Made by a program: the position numbers and the translations under genes. DNA of 64,000 nucleotides from Bradymonadia bacterium (GTDB lineage: Bacteria > Myxococcota_A > Bradymonadia > UBA7976 > UBA1532). The stretch is taken from contig JBKAGE010000040.1 of the NCBI GenBank assembly GCA_046290225.1, positions 32,001-96,000 of the forward strand, given 5' to 3'. Positions 39,474 through 49,992 of the stretch are shown here, piece by piece. How positions within the stretch are numbered: the stretch's first letter is position 1; each line of letters starts with the position of its first letter. A model generated the notes under the pieces. The model searched no databases, was not told the DNA's origin, and saw only the letters and a program-made list of their open reading frames with translations.

Positions 39474-39489
39474 TGGCACACGTGCTGCA
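39474..39489 (+). promoter_or_regulatory. Sigma54 -24/-12 promoter TGGCACACGTGCTGCA
   Basis: GG(39475-76)-N10-GC(39487-88) with canonical TGGCAC. It points at the 39617 gene and lies beside a divergent sigma54 activator. Confidence 0.75.
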
Positions 39490-39616
39490 ATGCCAATCTG
39501 CCGTGACCACGAGGGTCTCATCAGCGTGACTTCCGTAACTCGATTTGTAACTCGACCCCTTACCCTGTCGCGCCCCATCACCCCGTGGTTTCTCTATCTG
39601 TAAGGAGAGATTCACC

Positions 39617-41104
39617 ATGACCCCTGCCATCGATCGTGCAGCCATCGATCGTGCTGCCCTCGTGGAGCGCGAGGATCTCGTCGCCTTCATCAACGCGGGC
39701 ATGGTGGCTACCGGTCAGGCAGAGCGACTGAGCACCGCCTATGCTCAGCGTGTATCTCTCGACTTCTTGCATCAATACATCGAAGGCAACTACCCCACCC
39801 TCTATGCGCGATGTCTCGCCCTCGGCGCCGGCGGCGCAGCGGGGCTCAACCGCGTGAACCGCATGCGCATCGTCTCGCGTCTGCTCGAGCGTGGCGCCCC
39901 TGCTGATCCGGCCCGACGGGCCGAGGAAGCACATCTCATCGCCCTCACCCTCGATCAGCTGCCGCCTCACCGTGTGTACCGCATGTTCGCGGCCCTGGCT
40001 CGATCCCGGGTGAACAACCGCCGCGTGCGGGCGGCGATCCGCGGTTGGCTCGGGGGGCGGGATCTGGTCTTCGATGCGGTGAAGTACCGCCGCTGGCTGG
40101 GGATCGCCACCCGTCATGGGCACGTGGCTCTGAAGGGAGAGCTGGGCACCTATGTGTTCCGAGGCCCTGGCGCCCGGGTGAAGTGGGCCACGCCGCAGTT
40201 CGATCGGGTGCGACAGGCCCGCCGTGGTGACTCACGATCCATCTTCGCGCTGCCCCTGAGCGTCGCTGAAGGATACGCAGGGGCACACGGCATCAGCCGA
40301 CAGCGCCTGCTCCGAGGGGTGGATGCTCATCTGACCGCCCACGAGCGGACCCGCCTCGTGAACGCAGCAGGTGTGAAGTCTGATCTCTCCCGTATGCCCC
40401 TCGGCCGACTGTGCCGCTTCATCCTCGCTCGGGATCCCGAGCAGCGCACGCAGAGCGAGCACGATCTACGTGGAGCGCTTTCTGCAGTGGCTGGCCGGGT
40501 GGCAGAGCAAAGCCACATCAGCCTGGGCTCGGTGGTGGCTGTCCTCGATCGCGGTGTGAGTGCTTATGGCGCCGAGGGTCGACAGAACCGGCCACTCTCG
40601 GTGGCCATGGGGGCTTCTCAGGTGCTCCGCGGCATTTCGCGCCATTACCGCGCGATCTGGACAGACACTCTGCGTCAAGACGAGTTGATGCTCACCGTGA
40701 AGGGGCGAGGCAATCTGGAAGGGGCGATGCAGCAAGCTCTCGCTCTGCGCCCTGACTGGATCTTCGTCGTCTCCGATGCGTTCGAAGAGGGCCGCCATGG
40801 CCGTGCAGCGAAGGTGGCGAAGATGTACGAGGCCTGCTTCGGGCAGGCCCAGAAGCCCCTGGTGGTGCTGTTCAACCCGGTGTACGACGCCGAGGAGCTC
40901 ATGCCTCGCCCCTTGGGCCCCGAGGTGCCAGTGCTCGGCCTCACCGAGCCGGAGCATCTGCCGGCGATGTTGTCATTCGCCCGCTTTGCGAGCGGCGCAT
41001 GCGGCATGGCCGAGCTTCAGAGCTGGCTCGCAGGCCAGTCCCAGCGTGCTCGTGCGCGCTGGATCCGTCGCCTCGCTCAGCGTCAGGCTGCAGCGGCAGC
41101 CTGA
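39617..41104 (+). CDS. Helical (TROVE-like) + vWA-like protein
   Basis: AAGGAG RBS; helical, Arg-rich N-terminus (FDAVKYRR); C-terminal vWA-like strands VAVLDRGVSAYG (degenerate DxSxS) and IFVVSDAFE. The TROVE link is an inference. Confidence 0.6.
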   Translation: MTPAIDRAAIDRAALVEREDLVAFINAGMVATGQAERLSTAYAQRVSLDFLHQYIEGNYPTLYARCLALGAGGAAGLNRVNRMRIVSRLLERGAPADPARRAEEAHLIALTLDQLPPHRVYRMFAALARSRVNNRRVRAAIRGWLGGRDLVFDAVKYRRWLGIATRHGHVALKGELGTYVFRGPGARVKWATPQFDRVRQARRGDSRSIFALPLSVAEGYAGAHGISRQRLLRGVDAHLTAHERTRLVNAAGVKSDLSRMPLGRLCRFILARDPEQRTQSEHDLRGALSAVAGRVAEQSHISLGSVVAVLDRGVSAYGAEGRQNRPLSVAMGASQVLRGISRHYRAIWTDTLRQDELMLTVKGRGNLEGAMQQALALRPDWIFVVSDAFEEGRHGRAAKVAKMYEACFGQAQKPLVVLFNPVYDAEELMPRPLGPEVPVLGLTEPEHLPAMLSFARFASGACGMAELQSWLAGQSQRARARWIRRLAQRQAAAAA

Positions 41105-41131
41105 CGCTGTGGCTGAGGCACACGCATCTGC

Positions 41132-44100
41132 TCAGTCTGCCGTGCGGTACACCGAGAGGATCTCTCGAGTGGGTGTCGGGGTCCACACCTCCTCTGCAGT
41201 GACGGAGGCCCGGCTCTGGTTCCCGGCGAGGTGTTCGTCGAGGGCGGCCAGAGTGACGGGCTCGATGCGCTCGCCGTACTGGGCCAATCGCAGTCCGACG
41301 AGGGTGGAGCTGCAATGGGCCCCCTCGGCGAGGATCTCCACATCGTCCTGCCGCAGGCCGTTGTGGGACACATCGAGGCACCTCAAAGTGCGGTTGTGTC
41401 GCAACACCTCTGCCCAGGCCTCGCAACCGCGACGGCCAATGCGATTCCCCAGCTCCCCCACAGCAGCGGTGGCCCGGTTCCAGCCCAGACTGAGCATCTG
41501 CAGGGTCGGGTGCTCGGCGACGGCCTCGGCGAGGGCCACAGCCCCATCAGGGCCGATGCGATTCGACGCCACCGACAACCGCTTCAGGCCTCCGCCACGG
41601 GCGCCGTCGGCCTTCAGGGCCTCCGCGAGGGCGGTGGCCCCCACATCTCCCAGGCGATTGCAGCTCACAAAGAGCGACGACAACCGGCTCCCCTCGGCGA
41701 GGGATCGCACCACGGGCTCGATGCCCTCGGGGGTGATCCCATTGGTGCCAAGGTAGAGGTGGCGCAGGCTGGTGTTCACCCTCACCCCCTCCATGATCTC
41801 CCTCACGCCTTCGTCCAGCAGGCCCGTGTTCACCAGATCGAGGGTGACGAGGCCCGTGAGCCCCTTAAGCAGCCGCTTCAAGTGAACAGCACCGCTGGCC
41901 TTGATGGGGTTGCGCTTGAGCCACAGCCCTTCGACCTGCAGTTGCCCCACGAGGGCCTCGCAGATGGGGGCCAGCCCGTCGGCGTCGATGTGATTGCCGG
42001 CGATGTACCACACCTGAACCGGTGACTGCCCCGAGCGAATGAACTCGGCGATGGCCCCGGCCCCGGTGTTGCCCACGATGTTGTTCCCCAACAACAGCCG
42101 CTTCACCTGTGGGTTGCTGTCCACGGCGCTCAACAAGGGCTCGATCCCCGCGGGGCCCACGACCTGCTTGCACAGATCGAGGCGGCCATCTGGGGTGAGC
42201 GTGCCTCGAGGAAAGGCCGTGTCTTGGCTCACCTGCTCGTGATCGGCGGCGAGGTGCTCCAGCAGCGGTGCCAGCTCGTCGAGCGGACACGGCACCACGG
42301 GCACTGGCAGCGGCTCGATGACGGCCTCGCTGATGGGGGCCGTAAGCGCCTCGGGGGTCCACTCTGGCACACCGAGCCGCCTAGTCGACACCGCACCACT
42401 CACCTGAGCCTCTTGAGCCCGGATGTGGTGGCCCAGGCCGGCGATGAGACGCCGATAGCGCGCATAGGCGGTGCGGCGATCCTGTCCACCGCTCAGCCGC
42501 CGCGCCACGGCGCGCCCCAGGTTGCACCGTCGATCAGTGGCTCCGTTGATGCGTGGGGCACCCAGAGCCACCAGAGAGGTGGGCAGCCCCGCCTCGAGCA
42601 AACCTTCATCGGCGTTGAGCGTCGCCGCGATCTGCTCGGCGACGGCCTGGTGCAAGCCCATGAGACCGTCGCCGTACAGCCCCGGCTGCTCGTCGGCGAT
42701 CTCACAGGCGAGCAGGGCCAACCGATTGAGGGCCTTCACCCCACACGACGCCAACAACATCGGCAAATGCGGCGCCACGCCACCTGGGATCGCCAGGTGC
42801 GCCGCCATCCACAGCCGATACACCGCATCTCCAGGGAGCGGCGCCTCGATGTGATCCACAGGCCCGTAGTCATATGACTGGTACAGGCTGCACGCCGAGG
42901 CGAGGAGCGCTTTCGGCGTCAGCCCAGGCGTCGTGCGCAGGGCCTCGCCCACAGGGGCGATCCATCGCTCGAGGGCTTCGTCCTCATCCACCCACGTGGC
43001 CAGCAGCTCCGGGCGCACCAGGTGTGTCGCAGGCACCTCTTCATCTTCGAGCGACGCCGGCAGCCCCTGATGCACGAACTGGCCAATGAAGGCCTGGAGC
43101 GTGTCCATGGGCCAACGGTCTGGCGCGAAGTGCCCCCCCGGGTGGGTGGCCAGGGCGCCGTGCTCGAAGCACCGCGACAGCGCAATGGAGCGCTCAGGCG
43201 GCACCATCTCGTCACGCTCGCCGTAGATGTGCATCGAGGGCAATTTCAGCGGCTGCGCCATCAACGGCGCCAGCTCGGGATCCCGAGGGGTGAAGCTCGA
43301 GATGCTGATCACGAACCGCAGTTGGATCGCCTCAAGGGGCTGCAATGCCCCGAGCAGCGCCGCCACGGCCCCACCCTGGGAGAAACCCACAACGCCATCG
43401 AAGGGCCCCTGGCGCTGAAACACCTCCTGCAGATACGTCAGAGTCTGCGACCAGCCCGCATAGCGTACTGGGGTTTCCTGGGCATCCCACCAGCGGCGCA
43501 GATGAGGCGTCTCCGGATCGCACATGTGAGGTGCGTCCACATAGACCAGCTCGGCGACCCCCTCGAGAGCCTTGCGCAGCTTGCGGGTCTTCGCCTTGAG
43601 CACCCCGCCGTTCTGCCGGAAGCCGTGGAGCACGAGCACCCGTGCAGGCCGAAGGCCCGTGGGCTCCGGTGAAGGCGTCAGCTGTGGGTGTCGCCGCTGC
43701 TGGAGGAAGCAGCGCTCCTCGACGGTGCTTTCCCGGCCCAGGGCCACATTGTGAATCGGGTGTCGTCCGAACCGCTCCAGGGCCTTCACGTCTTTTCGAG
43801 CCCGAGCCAGCAAATGGCGGTATGTCCGCCGCTGCCCGCGGGTCAAAGGATCGCTCACCAGCGCGAAGAAACCCTCCAGGGCATCTGCCATGACGGCCTG
43901 GTCCTCGCTGTGACCCAAGATCAAGTACGCCAGAGCCCGAGCCGGCGGCGGCAGCTCAGCGTCACCCTCAGAAGCGCGCAGGCTCTGGGCCAGCCTCGAC
44001 GCCACCGTATCCGTGGCCACCATCCGTGGGGTGTCGGCGTGCAGATGCCGGGGCACTTGATCGAGCAAGATCATCAACGCCAGCGTACCCCTCGGATGCC

Positions 44101-44476
44101 GCTGCCAGTGCTCCAGGTCACCGGCCACCGCCTGCTCGAAGCGCGCCTCGATGCCCTCGGGCAGCGGTACCGGGCGCTCTGGCGTGTCGATGAACCACAG
44201 CCTCTGATCGACGGGGTGTTTTGGATCCCAGGCCTGCTCGGGGGTGCCTGTCCAATGGCGCAGTACCTCGTCGATCTGCCTCTCGGTGGCGTCGAGGCGC
44301 GCGATCTCGCGTCGCCCCTCAGCGAGGGCGTGGAGCAGATCGGGCAACCCGCCTGCACCGTTGACGATGTGCCTCGCGATCTGCGCTCTCAGGCCGGCAC
44401 ATCGTTCCACGAGAGCCAGGAGCGCAGGTTGATGGGGGTCGATGTTCGTGGATGTAAGGGTCTGTTTCTGTTGCAT
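41132..44476 (-). CDS. Multidomain fusion: DUF924 + FSH1 serine hydrolase + helical region + RI-like/GALA leucine-rich repeats
   Basis: LALMILLDQVPR and FGRHPIHNVALGRESTVEE (DUF924); LHGFRQN, GFSQGG, HIYGERD, HPGGH (FSH1 triad); DGRLDLCKQ followed by L.L..N.IG..G repeats. Confidence 0.82.
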   Translation of the reverse strand: MQQKQTLTSTNIDPHQPALLALVERCAGLRAQIARHIVNGAGGLPDLLHALAEGRREIARLDATERQIDEVLRHWTGTPEQAWDPKHPVDQRLWFIDTPERPVPLPEGIEARFEQAVAGDLEHWQRHPRGTLALMILLDQVPRHLHADTPRMVATDTVASRLAQSLRASEGDAELPPPARALAYLILGHSEDQAVMADALEGFFALVSDPLTRGQRRTYRHLLARARKDVKALERFGRHPIHNVALGRESTVEERCFLQQRRHPQLTPSPEPTGLRPARVLVLHGFRQNGGVLKAKTRKLRKALEGVAELVYVDAPHMCDPETPHLRRWWDAQETPVRYAGWSQTLTYLQEVFQRQGPFDGVVGFSQGGAVAALLGALQPLEAIQLRFVISISSFTPRDPELAPLMAQPLKLPSMHIYGERDEMVPPERSIALSRCFEHGALATHPGGHFAPDRWPMDTLQAFIGQFVHQGLPASLEDEEVPATHLVRPELLATWVDEDEALERWIAPVGEALRTTPGLTPKALLASACSLYQSYDYGPVDHIEAPLPGDAVYRLWMAAHLAIPGGVAPHLPMLLASCGVKALNRLALLACEIADEQPGLYGDGLMGLHQAVAEQIAATLNADEGLLEAGLPTSLVALGAPRINGATDRRCNLGRAVARRLSGGQDRRTAYARYRRLIAGLGHHIRAQEAQVSGAVSTRRLGVPEWTPEALTAPISEAVIEPLPVPVVPCPLDELAPLLEHLAADHEQVSQDTAFPRGTLTPDGRLDLCKQVVGPAGIEPLLSAVDSNPQVKRLLLGNNIVGNTGAGAIAEFIRSGQSPVQVWYIAGNHIDADGLAPICEALVGQLQVEGLWLKRNPIKASGAVHLKRLLKGLTGLVTLDLVNTGLLDEGVREIMEGVRVNTSLRHLYLGTNGITPEGIEPVVRSLAEGSRLSSLFVSCNRLGDVGATALAEALKADGARGGGLKRLSVASNRIGPDGAVALAEAVAEHPTLQMLSLGWNRATAAVGELGNRIGRRGCEAWAEVLRHNRTLRCLDVSHNGLRQDDVEILAEGAHCSSTLVGLRLAQYGERIEPVTLAALDEHLAGNQSRASVTAEEVWTPTPTREILSVYRTAD

Positions 44477-44775
44477 GAGTGACTCCGTTCTTTCACCGGC
44501 GAGGCAAGGGTTCGGTTGACGCGCTCGCGGTGTACTGGGCGACGCCCGAGTGGCGCCGACGACAACTTTTGATTTCAAAACGAGGGTGTACCTCTCGAGC
44601 ACGCGCTCGCGAGGTGAAGACGGGTCTGCAATGCGTTGGACGACGCAAAATTAGCGCGGCAGGCCTCAAGGCGCAAACCGCTCTGAAGCACAGACTGGTC
44701 GTCAGTCCTTGAGTGATGCGCTCACATTACCGACTCAAAAATCTACAATATTCAAATCAATGGGCGAATCTGGCC

Positions 44776-46704
44776 ATGAGACTCACACAGCTGAAGATCA
44801 AGCAGCGCATCGGTTTGGGGTTTGGCATCTCCCTGTGCTTGATGCTCTTCCTCGCTGGAAGCGCATGGCTCACCATGAGTCATGTCGACGAACGCGTGCA
44901 GACACACAGCGCTTTTGCCCATGACGTCCGGCAGGTCAGGTAGGTGCAGCTGAAGATGCTCGCCGCTCAGGTGAGCGTGATGCAGGCCATGCTCGGCAAC
45001 GCTTCGAGCGCGGAGCACGTGGAGGCAGATCGCGCAGCCTCGATGTCGCTGCTCGGCGAGCTCGCCGAGCAGGCAAAGGGCACCGAGCAGCACGAGCAGC
45101 TCAAAGCCATGGCCTCGGAGCTGAGCACCTACTTCGCCTCTTTCGAGCGGGTGGTGCAGACCAATGCGCAGCTCGCCGAGGTCACAGCTGATCTCGTTCA
45201 AAAGACTGAGCAACTGCATCAAGCCGCGCGCGCTACAGGCTCTCCGGCGCTGCTCGAGGCCATTCAGCGACAACACGTCGACACCTTCGCCTACCTGTTC
45301 GCCCCAGGTCAGGCCAGCTATCTGAAGGCACTGCATCAAACCGACCGGTCACAGGCCCTCGTCGGCGGTCACGAGAGCGTCGCCGGCCTCGCCCACGATA
45401 CGCGTACGGCGCTCATCCGTGCCCGGGCCTATCACATTCAGAAGAGCACCCTCATCAAGTACTCGCTTTCGGTCCTCGGCCCCGAAGTCGCGGCCAAAAT
45501 CGATGCGTTTCGTGAGCAGATCGACGGGCGTCTCGACACGCTCAGTGCCGATGTCCAGTCCACCATGGGCACCTCGCAGAGCAACCTGTTGCTGTTCTCG
45601 CTCCTCGCTGTGGCCACAGGGCTGATCTTCGCCTGGCTCATCGGCCGCAGCATCAGCGGGCCTGTCCAGCAGCTCAGCGAGGTCATGTCCCGCTTGTCTC
45701 AGCGAGACTACGACGTGGAGATCAACTTCACCGATCAGCAGAACGAGATCGGCGAGATGAGCCGCACCCTGGAAGTCTTCAGACACAACATGGAGCAGGT
45801 GGACTCTCTGACACATCTCGAGTCGGCCATGGCCGCCCGAAGCGCTCAGGAGACCCAGGCCAGCCGCATCGCCGAGCTGAGCAGTGAGTTCGACGTGGGT
45901 GTCAAGGCCATCCTCGAGGCCCTCGATGCCGCCACGGGTCAGCTCGACGCCTCGTCTTCGAGCATGGGCGCGGTGGCTGATCGCACACAGACCCTCGCCT
46001 CATCGGCGTCGGCCTCCTCTGTTCAAGCGGCGAGCAACGTGCAAACCGTCGCCGTGGCCGCAGAGGCCCTCTCGGATTCGATCGAAGCCATCGGGGCACA
46101 GGTGCACACCTCCACCGAGCTGTCTCATCGCGCCTCTCAGAGCACTGAAGCCACTCATCAGGCGGTGGAGAAGCTGTCGCGCTCTACAGAGCGCATCGGC
46201 GAGGTGGTCACGCTCATCAGCGACATCGCAGAGCAGACGAACCTGCTGGCTCTGAACGCCACCATCGAGGCCGCCCGGGCTGGTGACGCAGGCAAGGGCT
46301 TCGCTGTCGTCGCCGACGAGGTGAAGCGACTGGCCAGCCAGACCGCCACGGCCACTGAAGAGATCGGGCGGCAGATCAGCGATGTGCAGGCCGAGGCACA
46401 GCAGACCATCGACGCCATCCTGACCATCAACCAGGCCGTCACTCAAATCGACGCGTCGATCGCGGTCATCGCCTCATCGGTGGATGCGCAGGGGCAGTCG
46501 ACGCGGGACATCGCCCGCAATGTGCAGGCCGCCGCCGAGGGGACTCAGTCGGTCTCCACCCACATCGACGAGGTCAACACCAGCGCCCACGACGTCGATC
46601 GGGCTGCGCAGGACGTCGCCACGGCGCAGTCGGCCCTCAGCGCACAGTCGGTGCGCTTGAAGGGCATGGTGGACCAGTACCTCGAGCAGGTGCGCAGCGC
46701 CTGA
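44776..46704 (+). pseudogene. Methyl-accepting chemotaxis protein interrupted by one in-frame TAG at 44941-44943
   Basis: ORFs 44713-44943 and 44944-46704 share a frame. TM1 lies before the TAG; TM2, HAMP and [20 protein letters not shown]...[10 protein letters not shown] lie after it. Confidence 0.75.
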
Positions 46705-46710
46705 TGGCCC

Positions 46711-47376
46711 TCAAAGCGTGAAGACGTAGTGCATCACCGCCTCGATCTCGGCGTCGGTGAGTTGGAGCGTGGGCATGGCCGGCGGGTAGCCGTGGACCAC
46801 CTGCTCGGTGGGGGCCTTGATCGATCGCTTGAAGTAGTCGGCGTCGCTGCGGATCACGCTGGCATCGGCCATCACTGAGACCCGACCCCACAACCCCTTC
46901 ATCGAGGGGCCCACCCGCTTGCTGCCATCGACGCTGTGACATGCTGCGCAGGTCTTGGCGGTGAAGAGGGTTTTCCCCTGAGCCACCCTGGCGCTGTCAG
47001 CCTCGAAGGCAGGCACAGGCTCGGCCCTCATCTGCGCCGCTCTGGCTTCGGCCTCGGCAAAGTCAGCCGCCCCAGGGGGTGGCGGCGGGGGCTCGACGTC
47101 GAAGGGCTGCACCCCCTCTTCGGCGACGAGGGCCATGGCCCGGTCAATGGGGATTTGATACGTGACCTCGTTCTTGTCCTTGCGCACGCCGAGCTGAGTG
47201 TAGCGGGCGAGCACAGCCCCCTCTTCTGCCTGCAGCTCCTCGTGTAACTTCAGCAGCTCTGCAGTGGCAGGGTGCTCTTCCATCTCTTGCGGCGTTTTGC
47301 CACACCCGACCGCCAGGGCGAGGGCTGCAGACGCGGCGATCCACCGCCCCAGAGTGAAGCCTGTGTGTGATTTCAT
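46711..47376 (-). CDS. Monoheme c-type cytochrome lipoprotein (similar to the cytochrome c domain of oxidase subunit II)
   Basis: Lipobox AVGC; CAACH; VGPSMKGLWG; distal Met in PAMP. Confidence 0.85.
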   Translation of the reverse strand: MKSHTGFTLGRWIAASAALALAVGCGKTPQEMEEHPATAELLKLHEELQAEEGAVLARYTQLGVRKDKNEVTYQIPIDRAMALVAEEGVQPFDVEPPPPPPGAADFAEAEARAAQMRAEPVPAFEADSARVAQGKTLFTAKTCAACHSVDGSKRVGPSMKGLWGRVSVMADASVIRSDADYFKRSIKAPTEQVVHGYPPAMPTLQLTDAEIEAVMHYVFTL

Positions 47377-47542
47377 GGGTGTGCGCTCCTTCGATCGATT
47401 CGGAGAGATCGACTGAGCAAGGGGCGGGCCACTTCGGTGCGAGTCGCGCCGCCCATGTGCCGATGTCCTTCAAAGCGAGGTCATCTGGATCCCGCTCATC
47501 ACTCGCGGTAAACGAAATGCACCCTCTCGCTCAGGAGCGCCC

Positions 47543-49057
47543 ATGCCCGTCGCCGCAGACCTCCGCTCTCCCCTGCTCACCGACCTGTACCAGCTCACCA
47601 TGGCCAGCGGTTACTGGTCCCTGGGCATGGCCGATCACGAGGCGGTGTTCCACCTCTTCTACCGCCGTCCTCCCTTCAAGGGCGGGTACGCCATCGCCGC
47701 GGGCCTCGAAGCGGTCATCGACTATCTGAAGGGCTGGCGCTTCACCGAAGAGGATCGAGCGTTCCTCGCCACCCTCACCGGGAACGACGGGCAGCCCCTG
47801 TTTCCCGAGGGGTTCCTGCAGTACCTCGTCGACACCCCCTTCAGCTGTGAGATCGACGCGGTGCCCGAGGGCACCGTGGTGGCGCCTCACGCGCCGCTGA
47901 TCCGGGTGAAGGGTCCGCTGATCCAGGGGCAGCTCATCGAGACGCCTCTGCTCACCATGGTGAACTTCCAGACCCTCATCGCCACCAAGTCGGCCCGCAT
48001 CTGCGCCGCGGCGCAGGGGGAGCCGGTCCTGGAGTTCGGCCTGCGCCGGGCTCAAGGGGTGGACGGTGGGCTCTCGGCGAGCCGGGCAGCCTATGTGGGC
48101 GGCTGTGCTGCCACGAGCAATGTGCTCGCGGGGCGCGTGTACGGGATCCCGGTGAAGGGCACCCACGCCCACAGCTGGGTGATGGCCTTCGAAGATGAGG
48201 TCACGGCCTTCGAGTCGTACGCCCGGGCCATGCCCAACAACTGCGTGTTCCTCGTGGACACCTACGACACGGTAGAAGGGGTGAAGCGCGCCATCGAAGT
48301 GGGCAAGGCGCTGAGGGCCAACGGCCACGAAATGGTGGGGGTGAGGCTCGACTCTGGCGATCTGGCAACTTTGAGCATCGAGGCCCGCCGCCTGCTCGAC
48401 GAGGCGGGTTTCCCCGACGCTGCGGTGGTGGCGAGCAACGATCTCGACGAGTACAACATCGCCCGCCTCAAGGCCGATGGGGCCCGCATCGGGGTCTGGG
48501 GGGTGGGCACCCGCCTCGCCACGGCCTACGATCAGCCCGCCCTCGGCGGCGTGTACAAACTCGCCGCCATCCGAGGTGCAGCTGAGGCAGGCGCAGAGCA
48601 GGACTGGCGCCGCACCATCAAGCTCTCTGAGCAGGCCATCAAGGTCTCCAACCCTGGTATTCTGCAGGTGCGCCGCTTCACGAATGACGCAGGGGCGCCT
48701 CTCGCCGACGTCATCTACGACGAGCTCGATCCCCCTGCAGGGCTTGATTCCGGCGCGTTCCAGATGGTGAACCCCGCCACGGACGAGGGTGTAGTCGACA
48801 CCCCACCAGGCGCAGGCGAAGACCTTCTGGTCCCGGTGTTTCGGGACGGCAAAGCGGTCTACGACACCCCGCCCATCGACGAGATCAGGGACCACGCCCT
48901 GCGACAGCTCGCGGCGTTGCCTGCGGAGATTGCCGCGGTGGACGCAGGCAAGCAGGGGCACGGTTTGCCCTGGCGCCTCGAGGCAGGTCTCGCCTCTCGC
49001 AAGGCGCAGATGATCGCCGACGCCGGCGCCCTCGCCGAGACAGGAGAGCCCTCGTGA
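47543..49057 (+). CDS. pncB: Nicotinate phosphoribosyltransferase
   Basis: [45 protein letters not shown]. Confidence 0.93.
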   Translation: MPVAADLRSPLLTDLYQLTMASGYWSLGMADHEAVFHLFYRRPPFKGGYAIAAGLEAVIDYLKGWRFTEEDRAFLATLTGNDGQPLFPEGFLQYLVDTPFSCEIDAVPEGTVVAPHAPLIRVKGPLIQGQLIETPLLTMVNFQTLIATKSARICAAAQGEPVLEFGLRRAQGVDGGLSASRAAYVGGCAATSNVLAGRVYGIPVKGTHAHSWVMAFEDEVTAFESYARAMPNNCVFLVDTYDTVEGVKRAIEVGKALRANGHEMVGVRLDSGDLATLSIEARRLLDEAGFPDAAVVASNDLDEYNIARLKADGARIGVWGVGTRLATAYDQPALGGVYKLAAIRGAAEAGAEQDWRRTIKLSEQAIKVSNPGILQVRRFTNDAGAPLADVIYDELDPPAGLDSGAFQMVNPATDEGVVDTPPGAGEDLLVPVFRDGKAVYDTPPIDEIRDHALRQLAALPAEIAAVDAGKQGHGLPWRLEAGLASRKAQMIADAGALAETGEPS

Positions 49058-49992
49058 ACGACACCCCTCAGCTGGTCTTCTCCACCGAGGCCTACCGCTA
49101 CATGAGCGAGGCGCTGTGCGCTCACCCTGAGTTCGAGGCGGGACAGATCCTCACCCGGCACTTCCCCGATGGCGAGCGCTACATGCGCTTGGAGACCGGG
49201 GTGGACGGCCGCGACGTCATCGTACTCGGCGGTACGGTGTCTGCAGCAGACACCCTCGAGTTGTACGATCTCGCCACCGGTGTCGTGCGCTACGGCGCCC
49301 GACGTCTCACCCTGGTCATCCCCTACTTCGGCTACTCCACCATGGAGCGCGCCGTACGCACTGGAGAGATCATCACCGCCAAGAGCCGCGCCCGGCTCTT
49401 GTCGTCGATCTCCACGGCAAGCTCGGGGAACCGCGTGATTTTGCTCGACCTGCACGTGGAAGGCATCGCGCAGTACTTCGAGGATGGCGTGCGGCCGATC
49501 CATGTGCGGGCCACGCCCCTCATCATGAAGGCGGCCCGTCAGCTCGGCGGCGAGGACTTCGTGCTCGGCAGCGCCGACACAGGCCGGGCGAAGTGGGTCG
49601 AGGCCCTGGCGAATGATCTCGGGGTCTCTGCCTCGTTCGTCTTCAAAAAACGCCTCTCCGGCGACGAGACCAAAGTGACGGCGGTGAGCGCCCAGTGCGA
49701 CGGCGCCCACGTGATCATGTACGACGACATGATCCGCACCGGGGGCTCGCTCATCGGCGCCGCCCGGGCTTACCAGGAGGCCGGCGCCCGGCGCATCGAC
49801 GCCATCGCCACCCACGGCGTATTGCCCGAGGGGGCCTTGGAGCGTTTGCGCGACTCGGGCATCTTCCAACACATCATCACCACCGACAGCCACCCGAGGG
49901 CCCAAGCCCTCGCCGAGGCCGACGACACCGGCTTTTTGCAGATCGTCTCCGTGGCCGATCTGCTCGCCGACGACATCAGGAGCCATCCGTGA
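49054..49992 (+). CDS. prs: Ribose-phosphate pyrophosphokinase family protein (divergent)
   Basis: [32 protein letters not shown] overlaps the pncB stop. Confidence 0.88.
   Translation: MNDTPQLVFSTEAYRYMSEALCAHPEFEAGQILTRHFPDGERYMRLETGVDGRDVIVLGGTVSAADTLELYDLATGVVRYGARRLTLVIPYFGYSTMERAVRTGEIITAKSRARLLSSISTASSGNRVILLDLHVEGIAQYFEDGVRPIHVRATPLIMKAARQLGGEDFVLGSADTGRAKWVEALANDLGVSASFVFKKRLSGDETKVTAVSAQCDGAHVIMYDDMIRTGGSLIGAARAYQEAGARRIDAIATHGVLPEGALERLRDSGIFQHIITTDSHPRAQALAEADDTGFLQIVSVADLLADDIRSHP

Noticed and set aside
39629..39658. 15-bp duplication (IDRAA x2) at the start of the TROVE-like gene, and the similar DTAT duplication near 31055-31085
   Set aside because: Real but short in-frame slippage duplications in terminal regions; no evidence of function.
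41132..44476. Eukaryotic contamination suggested by FSH1 and RI-like LRRs
   Set aside because: Intronless, with composition similar to flanking bacterial genes and fused to a bacterial DUF924 domain.
44941..44943. Programmed pyrrolysine or recoded TAG
   Set aside because: TAG acts as a normal stop elsewhere in the window (for example 33511), and no pyl genes are visible.
47377..47542. NAD riboswitch or NrtR operator upstream of pncB
   Set aside because: GC-rich stems are possible, but I could not recognise a consensus; an Infernal search is needed.
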